From Cycas panzhihuaensis (Eukaryota; Plantae; Cycadophyta), in the NCBI GenBank assembly GCA_023213395.1, contig CM041465.1, forward strand, positions 236,599,741 to 236,663,740: 64,000 nucleotides of DNA. Reading direction: 5' to 3'. This document shows, in pieces, positions 26,400 to 39,722 of this stretch; the stretch's first letter is position 1, and every line of letters begins with the position of its first letter. Position numbers and translations under genes: made by a program. Under the pieces are notes generated by a model. That model was not told the origin of the DNA, ran no database searches, and saw only the letters and a program-made list of their open reading frames with translations.

Positions 26400-27748
26400 A
26401 CATACAATTCATATTGAATGAGGATTTAGAGAATTACTTTTAGATGTTGAAGATGGTCATCTAAATTCTGATTATAAATAAGAATGTCATAAAAAATAAT
26501 AATGACAAATTTATTGTTACGTATAATATTTTGACTAATATTTAATTAATTAGTCATTATATAGATCCTCCCTTTATGCTCTTGTAACCCTTAAGATTCC
26601 TTTGATTATTATATTATATTTATTTTGATATATATGTAAGTGGCATCTTGGTTTGTATGCTAAGCCACCAAGAGCACACTATTATTGATCTTGAGAGATC
26701 TCACATATATATGAGTATCCTATATATATATATATATGCATATTTTGTATTATAATACAAAAAGTAAAATTCATTTTTATAGTCTATCTTTATATCTTAC
26801 ATTTCTTCTCTCAAGATGTATCACTCTAATATAACATCCAATATTTGGTATCAGACGTAGAATGGTTTTTGATCCATTGAGGGACCACCCATTCAATCAT
26901 GGGATTCATTCCTTGAGTAAGAAGTTTCATAGTTAGACTTTTTGTCAAAATCATGTTATTATGTTATATTTTCTTAGTACTTTTTTCATTGTAGTGTGGA
27001 AGATTCACATATAGTAGTAAGTTATATTTTTTATAATGTTGAATATTAAAAGTAGCATGAGAAAATTATAGATTAGAGGATGCATATAGTAGTAAAATTT
27101 TTCAATGTGGAGAATAGCAATGAAGCCTTATAGATCTGGATTTGCAAGGAGATCATACAAAATAGAGGCCCAGAAATGTTATAGTGAGCCATGGGACTGG
27201 TTATTCTAATAGCTCAAGTCCCATTCCAATAGCTTAAACATGGGTTATATTTTTTCTCTTTTAAAAGGGTTGCAATCATGTCAATGTATCTCTTATTTTT
27301 ATCCTATAAGTTATGAGAATTTATTTATATTCTATCAAAGATGCCATCTCTCTATTTTGTATCTGCATATGCTTGGTTAATATTAAAAAGTCTGTGAAAT
27401 CCCTATCTCTATTATTGGCTACATAGTGTTGATTGAAAGTTTAAAATGTGTCCATGTATTTGGGGTGAACTCCTTTGCGAGTATGCAACAATAACTAAAA
27501 TACCCATCTCATTCTATCAAATGAGCAGAGTATATCTAGTCACTATACCATTGTTTATCTTCCCCTCATTACATGCTAGTTTTACCATTTCCTAACATCA
27601 TGATTATATGTAGATCTATCTCCAACCCCACAAGTTCAAGCAATTTAAACCAGTCCATATTAAGAATGTATTGGATAAGCCCTTATATTACATCCGTGAT
27701 TATACATTTTAGATTTTTATTTCTTAAACTAAAATTGGATTATAGAGG

Positions 27749-28271
27749 ATGAGTGGAATAGAAGGGAGTCCATTTAAGAAACCATGCCTTATAATGAAAA
27801 AGGTGTTGGTGAGGTAATAACTTGAAGGAGATAGGGTCGTCACTAGATGTAGCATTAGTAGGCTTAAAATAAAGTATTTGGATCCTTTCCTTTTCCTTGA
27901 AAAATTCTCAGTCTTCCATCTCAGTGGGTATTTAAACCATCCTCATTGAGGCTTTGAGATAGTTACTTATATGTTGAAGGGAGCTTTTAAACATCAAGAC
28001 TTTCTAAGCCATAAAGGTACCATAAGAGTTGTGATCTATAGTGGATGACTATGTTCTAACGAATAATCCATTTTAAAATTCCCATAAGAAAAGGAGAAGC
28101 TTTGGGTCTCAATTCTTACATGTACATAAGAACACCCACAATGTTTCTAGATTTTATACTAAATAGTAGAGATGTTATTCACCAACATATTACAGAGAGT
28201 TGGAATGTATTTGTGCATGTTTTAGAAGGCAAGGGCTACTTCAGAGTTGTTAATTCATTACCCATCATACC
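27749..28271 (+). pseudogene. PRN: Processed pirin (bicupin) pseudogene, internally deleted and 3'-truncated
   Basis: MSGIEGSPFKKPCLIMKKVL...EGD.VV.R.SI.R...KYLDPFLFLEKFSV....GY..HPH*GFEIVTYMLKGAFKHQDF..HKGTIR..DL*WMT...IIH; then GEALGLNS.MYIRTPTMFLDF.L.....HQ.I.ESWN.FV.VLEG.G.F, matching plant pirin. Confidence 0.92.
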
Positions 28272-29396
28272 TTGACTCCAAACAAATATTAATACCCATC
28301 AAGTTTGTAAGTAGTGCAACTAGGAGAGTGAGAACAAAGAATGCATTTTTTTCATAGTTATGATTGTTATAATGTTTGTCGAACCTATAACATCTCTATG
28401 ATTGTCATAATTATAGTCAACCTACCTCACCCTGAAAAGCTAGAATCCAAAACAAAAGAAGAAAAAGCATCTTTAGAAGGGCATGATAATGAATATAGAC
28501 ATATAAAATTTGAGATAAAGCAACTTACAATGGTTAAGCAAGCATGAAGAAGATAATTGATGAAATTAAATGTCATAATACCATTTGCCTTTTTGTACAG
28601 ACCTAGGGTTGTTGGCATTATGGAATTATAATATATTTTTAATCTAGTTTGAGATACTCTTCCTAAAAAAAATATTTTAAATATTTTTAAAAAATTAATT
28701 AAATTTAAATGTGATTTAAAGTGCAAAAGATATTACTTGTTACTAGACAATTACATGGGACTGACAGAATGACCAAGAGCCCAAATGTTAAATGGGCTAA
28801 ATATCATTTTAAAAGTATTTTTGATTTTTAAGTACCTAGTTGTATTATTTTCTTTATATCTTCTTTATATAGACTCTAATTTTGATACTATTAATTGCAT
28901 TCGAATCCTATTTCATCCCTCTTTAAAATGACTACTCATTTGATACTATTTGAAATTGTTTTGTAAGAGAAAATGTAGTTTAAATTTGAGTAAAAAATTT
29001 TATATATTCAACAAATATTAAAATTGATGCCATGCAAGGCCTTAGAGGCCATGTTTAAGCATTTCATACTAGCATCTTGCATGATGACTACTGTTTAATA
29101 TTATATCACATAAGTCTATTTTAAAAATTAAGCTTAAAATGGCTAAGTTTGGTGATTTTTGGTACTCTTTGAGGTTACCAATAATGATGTAATTATTGAT
29201 TTAGCATGTAAGACCTTAGAAAAGGCATTGCATATGATTGGCTAAGTGTTAAAAGCTAAAACTTCATAAGTTTAAAGAATTTGACATCAAGGTGGAGTCT
29301 TTTGTCAATAATAACAAGTGATAAGAAACTACAAACAATGACTATAAGAGGTAAATATCTTAGTTTAATCACTTTTTAGTGTGAGATTTACTTAAG

Positions 29397-29430
<34 letters not shown>

Positions 29431-29589
29431 ATGTGTGTGTGTCTTTTATTAAATTGTGTTATGATTTATGCTACATTAAAAGTTGTTATATAATGTTGGC
29501 CTTGTAGTCTTTGAGGGATCGATGAAATACCCATACTTGTGGTCTTCTTTAGGTATTAAAATCTCTTATATATTAGGGTCTTGATTTGT

Positions 29590-29725
29590 AAGCCCATAGA
29601 GGCCATTATAAGCCCATAGTAGTATGAAAAATCCCATAGTGGTATGTTGAAACCCATAGTAGCATGATTGTAGCCTCTTGAGGCATGATTTAGAGCCCAT
29701 AGTGGAAAATTTGAGGCCATGGTGC
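29590..29725. repeat. Degenerate ~20-bp tandem repeat (..CCCATAGT..) in the internal region of the pirin element
   Basis: CCCATAG recurs at 29593, 29613, 29633, 29653 and 29696. Confidence 0.7.
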
Positions 29726-32700
29726 CTACTATTATACCTCTAGCCATTAGATGCTAAAAAAACTACTTGTATTATCCCATATAAGTAAGAGTTAAGACCT
29801 TTTTCCTACTTGATAGGCCATGTAGGATGATGTATGCCCATAATAGTGCTAAAGAAGAAATTTATTGAACCATATAACCAAAGTGACTACCTATAGAACT
29901 AGTGGTCATAGTGGCTAGTTACCCATGCGATTTAGTAGATGGGGTCATATTCATAGGGATATTAGTAATTTGATCAATATTTTATGTAGTGTAAAGTAGT
30001 TATAATAACAAGAAAATAAAACAACAAAGATAGTAGATATAATAATTAGGAATTAAATATTAAAGGGGAGAAATACTAGGTATAATATTTGGACTAATGT
30101 TTAATTTATTAGTCATTATGTAGATCCCCCTTCCATGCTCTTGTAACCCTTAATATTCCTTTGATTATTATATTATACTCATCTCAATATATATACAAGT
30201 GGAATCTTTGTTTATAGGGAAAACCACCAAGACCACACCATTATTGATCTTAAGAGATCTCACACATATGTGGGTATCCTATATATGTATGTATATTTTG
30301 TATTATAATATAAGAAATAGAGTTTATTTTCATAGTCTATCTTTGTATCTCACATTTCTTCTCTTAAGATGTGGTATCACTCCAATACCATATCTAACAT
30401 TTATGAAGATAATGGATAAATATTTTATTCATTAAAGCTTGGATTTTAAGGGTGTTATAAATGTTGGAAGATATAACCTAAAATTCAAAGTGTTTGTAAT
30501 GTATTTTGAAGGTAATTTTGTGATGGTTCTATAAGGTAATATGGGTTTGGTAATATCTAGATTAATGATCTTATTTAAAAAAAATGGTTGCCCTATATAT
30601 TTTATCTAGTATATCATCACTTCGGGGTATGAAAATTTATTTTTGATTATGATGTTGTTAAGTTCTTGATAGTCAATGCAAAGATAAAAGGATCTATTCT
30701 TTTTTCTTACTAGGATAATTGGTATAACATACATGCTTTTACTAAGCTAAATGATGCCCATGTCTATTAATTCATTATATTCTCAATTTTATTTAAAAAA
30801 AAAAAAAATTCTATAAGATTAAATGCTAATGGGATCATATGATAATCTTTGTTCGATAGCATAATGAAAGCCATAGTATAGGATAGAAGTGGCTAGAAAG
30901 GGGGCAAATATAGCTTGCTATTTATTAAGAAGGTTTTACATAAGAGGATGAATAGTTGTTAAAGGTTGAATATTATTAATATAGATAATATAGCTAATAC
31001 TATTATTTAAATACTTGCACATTTAATTATGTGATATAAGTTGATTGGGAGGTGATTAGATCCCATATAATTTATGCATTTAGGCCATCTAATCCTGATC
31101 TAAGATGAATAGATTGATAGGAGAATTATTCATGCTACAAGTACCATGTATTTGGACCCATTAGACCCTAAGGATGATTTCACATCCTCTTATAGATAGG
31201 GCATAAAAATCATATATGAGATTATTAGCATCAATTTGAAGATAAAGTATTTTTATTAAGTGTAAGGTTTGATGACTTGATAAGGAGTAGGTAAATCCAA
31301 TTTTTGATACAATGTATAGGTTTAATTATTGAGCTAAGGATATATTAATGAAATTTAATAATGTGTCACCATTGATCAAAATTAACATAGGTGTTTTTCA
31401 AAGGGTGCCTTTACATAGAGTGGCTTTAGATAAGATGTGGAAGAAACTATTGATAGGGATACTTTAATCTAGGGAGTAGGTAGGGAAGATTTATTAGGGG
31501 AATCATCCTTAAGTTCTAATTTGATTTTGACTTATAAATCATCTTTAAGGTTAGGGTTAATATTAAAAATCATGCACCTTGCTTTATACACCCTTGTATA
31601 CCTAGGGCCTCATTTTTCTAAGTACTTAACAAAGAGGCTAGCCTTTAGTCTATGATCAACTTCTACTAATAAAATGTGAACTGGTCCTAAAGAGGGGTCT
31701 ACTATTGGTTATTATACTTCTTCTCATTAAGGATATTAATGTTATTAATCAAAATAACAAGGATGTTGATACTATAAAGAGTCTCTCTTAAAAGTGGATG
31801 AGCATTCTATAATAAATTTTATTTCAATTACTCTTACTATGGAGATGGTATCCTTTAAATTGTATAAGGTAGTATCTTTAAGCACATCTAAATATGCTAT
31901 TTGAGACCTAAAATATAAATATTAATAAGAGTTCAACTATCAAGTTATTGAGAGACTTAGTTCTGTAATGCCTAAGTCTCATCTATGTATACTTCTACTA
32001 ACGTTATTTGTCTTACTTTAGTAAGTTAACTAAAGAAAGAGTGGTTTTATGTGTTATCATACTACTGAAAGAAACTCTTGGAGAATAGGTCCCATGTTTG
32101 GTTGATTAAATTATCTTATTTTCACCATTGGAACTAATGATATGCTTTTCCATCTAAATGGATTAAGATAGATGTCAATTATTCTATTACTAACATGGGA
32201 TTCAAGGCAAATATAACTCCATCTTACTAATCTGGCTTTGGGAAGAATCTCTATTGAGATCAAGGATAAAAGTTAATATGATGATTTTGTAATGGGTATG
32301 TTGTTGTTGTGTAGTGAATGGTGGTGGTAGAAGGGGTCCTAAGTTATTAGAGGTGGATGGACCTAGGGTTGGAATATGATAATTATATTATATCCACTAA
32401 AATATTCTATCCAAATTTTGATAAAAAAGGTCATGTTTTTAGCTGAATAAGTCTTACTTTTGGGTGAAATCCTTAACCTACTAATCTAAACTTATGAGGC
32501 CCTTATTTAATGCATCAATATTGTCTTATATTTCTTATAATTGAACCTTAAGTACTTGAATGTACTCTACCTATGTGGGTGCATATATACAAAATTTATT
32601 ATTGTGAATAGAAGAAAGGATTTAAAGGAAAAGGGGGTAGACAAGAAGAGGGGTATTTACAAAGAGGGGAGAGATGACAAATAGAATGAGATTTTAAGAA

Positions 32701-33847
32701 GTTAGGGACTAATAAAGATGGATAAAAGAAAAGGGAGGGGGGGTGGAGAGTGTTTATAGTTTGTTAACCCCTAAAAATACACAATAATATCACCAAAAGC
32801 ACTAAGGCAAGTGTGAAGAGCTCACCAAAATGGCATAGGTGGGATTTAAGGGTGAAAATTAAGTGGTAGGGACTATGAGGTGTTCTATATGTCATGATAC
32901 CTTAAAAATAATAGTTAAAATTATCTTAGTGGAAAATGACCAACATGACACAAAAATTGAAATAAGACTTATAAATTTATAAGGTAATATTATAGTCATG
33001 GACTTGATCCTTTTTCTCCTTTTTTCTTCTTCAAGAGGTGGATGTTAGATTAAAAGCTTAGGTATAAGATTTAAAATTTTGCTAAAGGTTTAGGAAATAT
33101 ATTTATAATTACTTTGATAATGGTTCTCTAATACAAGTTAGTGTTATCATTCTATCAATGCTATAAGATTTACTATTATTATTGTGATAGAGAATTGTGT
33201 GGTTTAATATTGTTACTTGTGATGCAGGTGTTTTACATATTCAATAGCTTTATAGAAGCATAGTAGTCTTAATAGTCTTGCATTGGGTTTGCTTGGCCTA
33301 ATCTCTCAAGACACAGACTATAAAGGAAATTCATACCTATAACCATGCTAGTCATGTTAGGGCATTTATGAGGAGTGACTTCCTGATACTAACTACTAAT
33401 TGGTATATACTATAGAGGATATGTGATTGACAACTTTCCTACTTTAGGTAAGTAGAGTAACCTATAAAGGGGTCCTCTAATATACCTAAATATATATGGA
33501 GGCTTAATCCTTTAGTTAGGTTCTATTTAAGGCTCATATAAGTAGTGTTATCTACTTCATTTTATATACAAGTGTATACCCATATATACTTGGCTAAAAA
33601 TGATAGATCTTAATGATTTTTAAAGACCCCTAGTATAGGACCTTTACTTACAAATAGGGGATAAGAGAGGGATGGAACTTATTACTTGCTTATAGCTCAT
33701 TGCATAATTTTTAGAAAATAATAATATTAGAGAAAATAAAAGATAAAAACAAGAGAGGGTTTTCAAAATTTTAGCGAAGGAAAAAAAAGTCCCAAAATTT
33801 TTTGTTTTTGCTATTAATCTACTTCTTTAGGTGGATTCATAACTTAA

Positions 33848-33858
33848 CTTTGATACCA
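33848..33858 (-). promoter_or_regulatory. tRNA-iMet-type PBS, probably of the chromovirus-like element (its LTR would start ~33861 rightwards)
   Basis: Reverse complement TGGTATCAAAG, same strand as and upstream of the gag; the 1.6 kb gap makes the link uncertain. Confidence 0.55.
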
Positions 33859-34057
33859 CTTAGAATGAGCTTACACTAATATTTCTCTAAACTTAATAAC
33901 ATGAATAAGATACTTGAATAATATTGCGATACTTTATAATAATATTGAAAATGGATTATAAAGAAGAGCTCATAAAATTACTAAAGAACACTAGAAGTGA
34001 ACTGAAAGGGGTATTAAAGTATAACCTATTTAGAAATGATAATACTCAATAACCTTC

Positions 34058-34328
34058 TATTGGACTATGTCTAGTTCACTTTCCAAGGAGTCCTCTTCCC
34101 AAATCACCTATGGGATTTTGGTGCAATGGTAAGTCATAAGTGGTATCAGAGCCCAGGTTTAAGGTTTAACCCTATGCATACATCAGATAAAGCCCCTTTC
34201 CCTATAGGGGTCCAAAGTACCCCCAATTAGTGGTGATGGTAGGCAAGTGTTGGACTATGGTTGGTTCACTTGCCAAGGAGTCCTCTCCCTAAATCACCTA
34301 TACAATTTTAATGAAATGGTAAGTCACA
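34058..34328 (+). mobile_element. Complete 271-bp TRIM/SMART-like miniature LTR retrotransposon
   Basis: 81-bp LTRs (34058-34138, 34248-34328), perfect PBS TGGTATCAGAGC 34141-34152, purine-rich tract before the 3' LTR, TSD CCTTC (34053-34057, 34329-34333). Confidence 0.95.
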
Positions 34329-34899
34329 CCTTCCCTTTATAATAAGTTGACCTTAAATAGGCAAGACAAACCCCTTTACACAAAATACCATTGGTAAGAA
34401 AAATAACCTCAATTTCTATTAATAAACATAAGTGGCTTGTGCATAAGGGTTAATGTCTAATATTAATTATCAAGGTCTCTTTATCATATGTGCTAGCTTA
34501 ACCATTTTTTCTTAATGAAGAGTGGTCATTAATAAAAATAGTCACAATGATTTTCTTGGTTCCTTTATACTCAAAATATTTAAATACTTTAGAATCTATA
34601 TTCATAATGACATAGTCTTTTGGAATACTAAATAATAATTTGTAATTTTATATATAGATTTTTAACCTTTTAATTTTTAATATTCTCTCATGAAATATTT
34701 ATAATTAATATTTTAATTTGAATACTATAAATATAGGACTTGATCCATTAACCTAATTAAGAATAAGGGCCCTCAAAAGAATTAAATAATGACCTAATTG
34801 AGAATAGTATTAAATGAATTTATTATTTCTTTATGATGTAAAACTAATATTAAGAAAAGGGATAAAAATATTAATTCAAGATATATGAATTGTTTTAAT

Positions 34900-35950
34900 T
34901 TCACTAGTTTGAAGTATCCCAAGCATGAATAGTAGTGGTTAAAAGCTTTGGGGTTAAATTCCAAGGGTTTAATAATAATTGATGAAATTGTCTTAGATTA
35001 TGTTTTAATATAAGAGTATTAGGAGATAAGTTGACAATGGCTTGAGGATGAAATTTACAAGATTGAGGGTTAGTACAATTAATTGATGATAGTTATAAAA
35101 ACTAATCAACTTTATGGATATACAAATAAGGTAAATAATCATGCAAATTCATGCATACTATTACTTAGGTTGGTACTTACATATATTTTATTTAATTAAA
35201 GGTAAGAAATTATTGACATTGGCATTGGTTTGTTGTTCATTAGTATAAATGGTTTACTAAGGTAAAATTTGTATATCTTATAATATATTATCATATATTC
35301 ATTGGATTATGCATAATTGATATATCATTGATGATGAATGATTTCACAGAATATAATATAATATAATTATTAATAAAATATTAATTTAAAGTTTGTTGAA
35401 AATTTCACATTATTACTTTTAATGATCCTAATCAAGTTATGAGAAGTGTAGGGATTATTATTATTTTGGTTGGAGAATGATAATAATATAGTCATAAAAA
35501 TATAATAAATGTGAAATACTTGAGTGCTATGATGGACACAATTCTTATAGAAGAGATTATAAACTAGCAAGGATGCCAAATTAATAATTATATAAAGTAT
35601 AACTAAGAAGATCTTATAGTTACCTATTTAAGTTGAATAAGCTTTTAGAGAGGATATGCATGAGGAAGTTTTACAATAGTTTTTAATAGCATTTTATTAA
35701 TGGATGACAAAGAAAAGGAGAAATTTATTTAATGAATTAGAGATGATCAAAATATTAATAATAATTAAGCTTAACATAATAATATTACAATATATCAAGA
35801 CAAATATAAATAAGTAGTAGATAAAATTTTTGGAATATTTTATCAAAATTTGGGTAATTAAATGCTAATTATCCATTATAGAGGTAAAAAGGAAATTTTA
35901 ACATTTATGATAATTTTTTAGTACGTATTTTTCCTTTGTTATAAATATTT
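34900..35950 (+). pseudogene. Possible very old copia RT/RNase H relic
   Basis: Only faint motif resemblance (DIG.G.....I; DDQN...I.L near 35740); heavily AT-drifted. Confidence 0.3.
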
Positions 35951-38039
35951 TTAGAGGGTAGTGGCCATGCTTCATTAATTTAGTGAGTGTATAAGAATTT
36001 GCTAATGAGAAAGATCATAATAAGATGAAAATAAATATAAAATCATGAGAGTGTAATAGAAAGAATTGAGAGATGGGAGAAGTAGAGGCATGACTATTAA
36101 TGACTACTGTCATAGTTTGGGAAGTCTCAATAAGAAGATGTATGAAGTATGTAGTAGAGAAATGCTTCTAAGGTAGTCATTCTTCACCTTAAAAGTTAAT
36201 TTTTTATTTGATAGAGTAGAAAAAAGTTTGGATAATCTCAAAATTTGCTCCACTTAATCTTAAAATTTTATATTAAGTTTGTTATTAATCACTATAGATA
36301 ATCCACTCCCCATAAGCTATATATGCTCATTAAAGACATATTCTTAATAACCTTTTATTTATAAATATGTATATAAGTGTTAAAAGATCATTGATTAAAA
36401 TTCTTGGTGGAATGAGTTTATTACCACTTCACAATAATATGCATTAGAATGGTGTTAATCGACAACAGAAAAATCAACTTGATATTATTATAATGATGCT
36501 AAAATTAAATTTACAAATGCATTTCAATTTTTAAACATTCACCAAACCACTTATTGTGATGAAAGTAGCTCTTTAGAATGACTAAGAATAATTATGTTTA
36601 GAATTGACTAAGTAGATATTCTAAATAAGAGGGATGAAGATTTTTATGGTTCTTAGGGTTTATGCTCAGGTAACTTAGGTACCACTAGGTGTATTGGAGG
36701 TTCTATGGGTAGATCTCATATTGGTTAGTTCATTATTAGAAGATGACACTATAATTGCAAAATGGATTCATAGTTTTAAGTTTGTTATGGTAAAGAGTTT
36801 TTTTTTTTTTTTCTTTATTTTAAAGATCCCTCTCTTATTTAAAAGCTCAAACTATCTCATGTTTAGTTTTGTGTGGAGTGCTTAAGGCATTGTATAACTT
36901 GTATGAAGGTCTATCATATAGTTTTAAGATACATTTCCTATGTTATTAGGTCCTCTTATTGTACTCGCCTCTCTACCTTTTGGTTTTCAAGATTATTATT
37001 TGTAAGTGTTTCTCTCATCTTATTTGATTTATACCTCCCTTCTCTTAGTTAAACTTTGGGAAGGTTCTTAGTTCATTTGGGGTGTTATTTCCTATTAGGG
37101 TTTATGTCCTTTAGCGTCTCTACTATATTAGAGTGGGTTTTGTTTTTATCTCTTCTTGTTCTTTGGATTGTTACCTTATGTGATCAAGTTGATCTCGAAT
37201 TCATGGCATTTAAGGGGTTATGATCTTCTTTGGCACCCCTGTGATGTTCTAAATTAGATTTCTTGAGTTGAATCCTTTGGGCAATTTTTGGTCCTCTCTT
37301 GAGTTATCCTATGTGGGGTTTGTAGGGTGCTTACTTCTAATTTTTTGGGTGGTATTTGTGATTATAGAAGGCTTTTGGCTAATAACTCTTAGTGGTGTTT
37401 GATAGTTTTGGTATGATATTGGTAATGAAAGTTAGTTGAGGTATTAATATTCAATGGCTTAATTGATTAGAGACATATAGTAAAAGAAAGTATTCTATAC
37501 TCTGGTTGAGGCACCTTTTGGTCTTATGAAACTCTTTATCTTTCATAGCTCAATATAGTGATGATATCATATATGATAGGTGTGAGACTAGCCCATTAGG
37601 GGTTATGGATTAGTGTAGGGCTTCTATTGCATGTAATATAGGTGAAAGAGGCCCATTATGAACCTAGTATTATAGTGTATATGGTTGAAGTTGCTTCCTA
37701 ATATCCCGTATGGGTGATTTTATTTAGATAATAGTTGCTTAGTATTAGATCAACGTAGATTCATTTTGATTAGAGTAGTTTGATATTATATGTGATTAGT
37801 GGGTTGGTGAAGGTTAGTAAGATCAGTAAGTTAGTATTGGTGGATTATGAGTGTTACATTCTAATGTAGATCAATAGTGCTATTAAACATAAAGGTTAAT
37901 TCCTTCTTGATCTATATTGTTTAGGAATATATGAGATTAACTAGTTGGCATAGGTAAACATGGATAGATAATGATTCTTTCTAAAGTAAAGAACATCAGG
38001 TTAATATGTTATTCCTTTGTATGTAGAGTAGCATGGTTA

Positions 38040-38390
38040 AAATCATATGAATTTGGAATTTGGTGGGTGTCCAATCTATTTCAAATTTACATGGTAATAG
38101 CATAGTATTATGATTAATTTAAGTAAAGGATTGATACATAAGCAATGTTTATTTCATAGTGTTGATGGTATTATGATTAGCATGGATATTTTAGAATTAT
38201 TGATTGACATTTATTAGTGTAGCATTGATGGTATCATGATCAATGCGAATATATTAGTGTTTTTTATTAGATTTGTTACTTTTTATTTAGACTAATATAG
38301 TTAATATCATATGAACTTGGCATTTGATGGATGACTAATCCATTCTAGATTTACATGATGGTAGTACATTATTGTGATTAGAAGAACTTA
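38040..38390. repeat. Degenerate direct repeats (~260-bp spacing, ~60-bp subrepeats)
   Basis: ATCATATGAA.TTGG.ATTTG.TGG at 38042 and 38306; TTGATGGTAT.ATGAT at 38162 and 38225. Confidence 0.55.
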
Positions 38391-39689
38391 ATGATTGTTG
38401 GGTAGATAATGTTTACTATTATGGTATAGTAATGACATTTTAGATAGAAATTAACTTATATATGTCATAGTTTAGTGGATTGGTAATGTTTTTTTTTTAA
38501 TCTAAAGGCAACAATAGAAATAACAATTTTAAAGGAGAGGACGGGATTTCTATACAATTCCAAGGGGTTTAGAATTTTATGTTATGATTCGACTTTGGCT
38601 ACTTACACAATCTTGGTGTGCTTTATTACTAGAGTAGTTCCCAATAATTACTGGTGATTTATGGGTATTGATGTAGTGATATGTTAAGTCTTATTGATGG
38701 ATTAGTTTCCTTAGGTTTTGGTAGTCCTAGAGTCATCTTTTGGGGCTCTATAAATTTTATTTTAGGAGGATTTTTGGTGATGGGTAGCCCAATGGTTTAT
38801 TGGAGGTGATGTTAGATTAGTGAGAGTCTAGCTTATATGTGGGATTAATGTCCCCAATTCCTGGTGGTCTTTCTTTCTCTATTCATATCTAAAGTTTCAA
38901 CTTCTTACTTTAGGTTTACATGTCCCTAGTTCTTAGTGTTTGTAGAAGCTACCAATGCATATGATTAGCCATGAAGATCAAAGCTCCATAACAAAAGTTA
39001 GTTCTATATGGTGATTAGATAAGGCATTTTTGGACTTGTAATGTTACATGGTTGCTAGTGAAAGTAAGTAAGTCCTAATTCTTCACATGCTAGGGAGAGG
39101 ACATCATCATCATGCTTTCATGCCTTTTCCATAAATATTTTATGATTTAATAGGTTTTTGATGTCTCATTGTATCAACATGATAGTTTGTATTTGAAGAC
39201 CTAAGTTCTTAGGAGCCCTTGTGTGGTTAAACTACAATCTTATATTTATTCATCATAAGCTTCTTTGAGGGTCTTAGGGATGGTTATTATTAGTCCCCCA
39301 AAGTCTAGGTATGATCCTTAGGTAATTTTTAGTGAATTAGATTCCTAGATCTTGTGGTATCTTATGATAAAGGGTTAACTCTACTTTATAAGGATTTTAC
39401 TTGTTAAAAAAAAGAAATAAAAGAGGGATTCTAAATAGAAATCATAACTAACAAGAACTTGGATAAGAGAAGAAGGAAAAGAATCATAAATTATTTATGT
39501 CATTTGCTTATAAGAGTTGAAGCTCAGTTATGATATTATACTCCTAAAGGCATTGCTTCTATATTTGTTAGTACCTATATGCATAAGACAAAAAGAGACA
39601 AGCATGTAAAATAAAGTTTTCCTTTATTTAAATATTTTTAGATGTGATTTCCTACTAATATGGAAAGAAAATATTCTTGAATTAGTTAA

Positions 39690-39722
39690 ACACACACAGA
39701 CACACACACAGACACACACACA
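39690..39722. repeat. (CA)n microsatellite
   Basis: Directly visible. Confidence 0.9.

Larger units (their letters stand above)
26515..30399 (+). mobile_element. Non-autonomous LTR retrotransposon (3885 bp) carrying a pirin retrocopy
   Basis: LTRs 26515-26843 and 30074-30399, TSD TTTAT (26510-26514, 30400-30404), tRNA-iMet PBS TGGTATCAGA 26846-26855, PPT AAAGGGGAGAAA 30062-30073; no gag/pol recognised. Confidence 0.92.
26400..32260 (-). mobile_element. Highly decayed chromovirus-like (Reina-type) Ty3/gypsy gag-PR-RT, interrupted at 26515-30399 and cut at 26400
   Basis: Minus-strand translation: gag (~31850-32250, W..F...LTKVRQ...VEVYIDE), protease (~31050-31420, G.L..TPMLILING...NFI), RT (CIDYQELN...NKF; HHKITF..H..HFEF; ALMNKIF..YLH at ~30400-30750 continuing KFVIIIFYDILIY...DDHLQHL at 26400-26514). 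Confidence 0.8.

Noticed and set aside
33030-33320. PPT-like CAAGAGGTGGA followed by TGTTAG (possible LTR start)
   Set aside because: No upstream pol, defined end or TSD could be identified
34141-34175. tRNA gene
   Set aside because: Only a PBS plus a T-loop-like word; no cloverleaf
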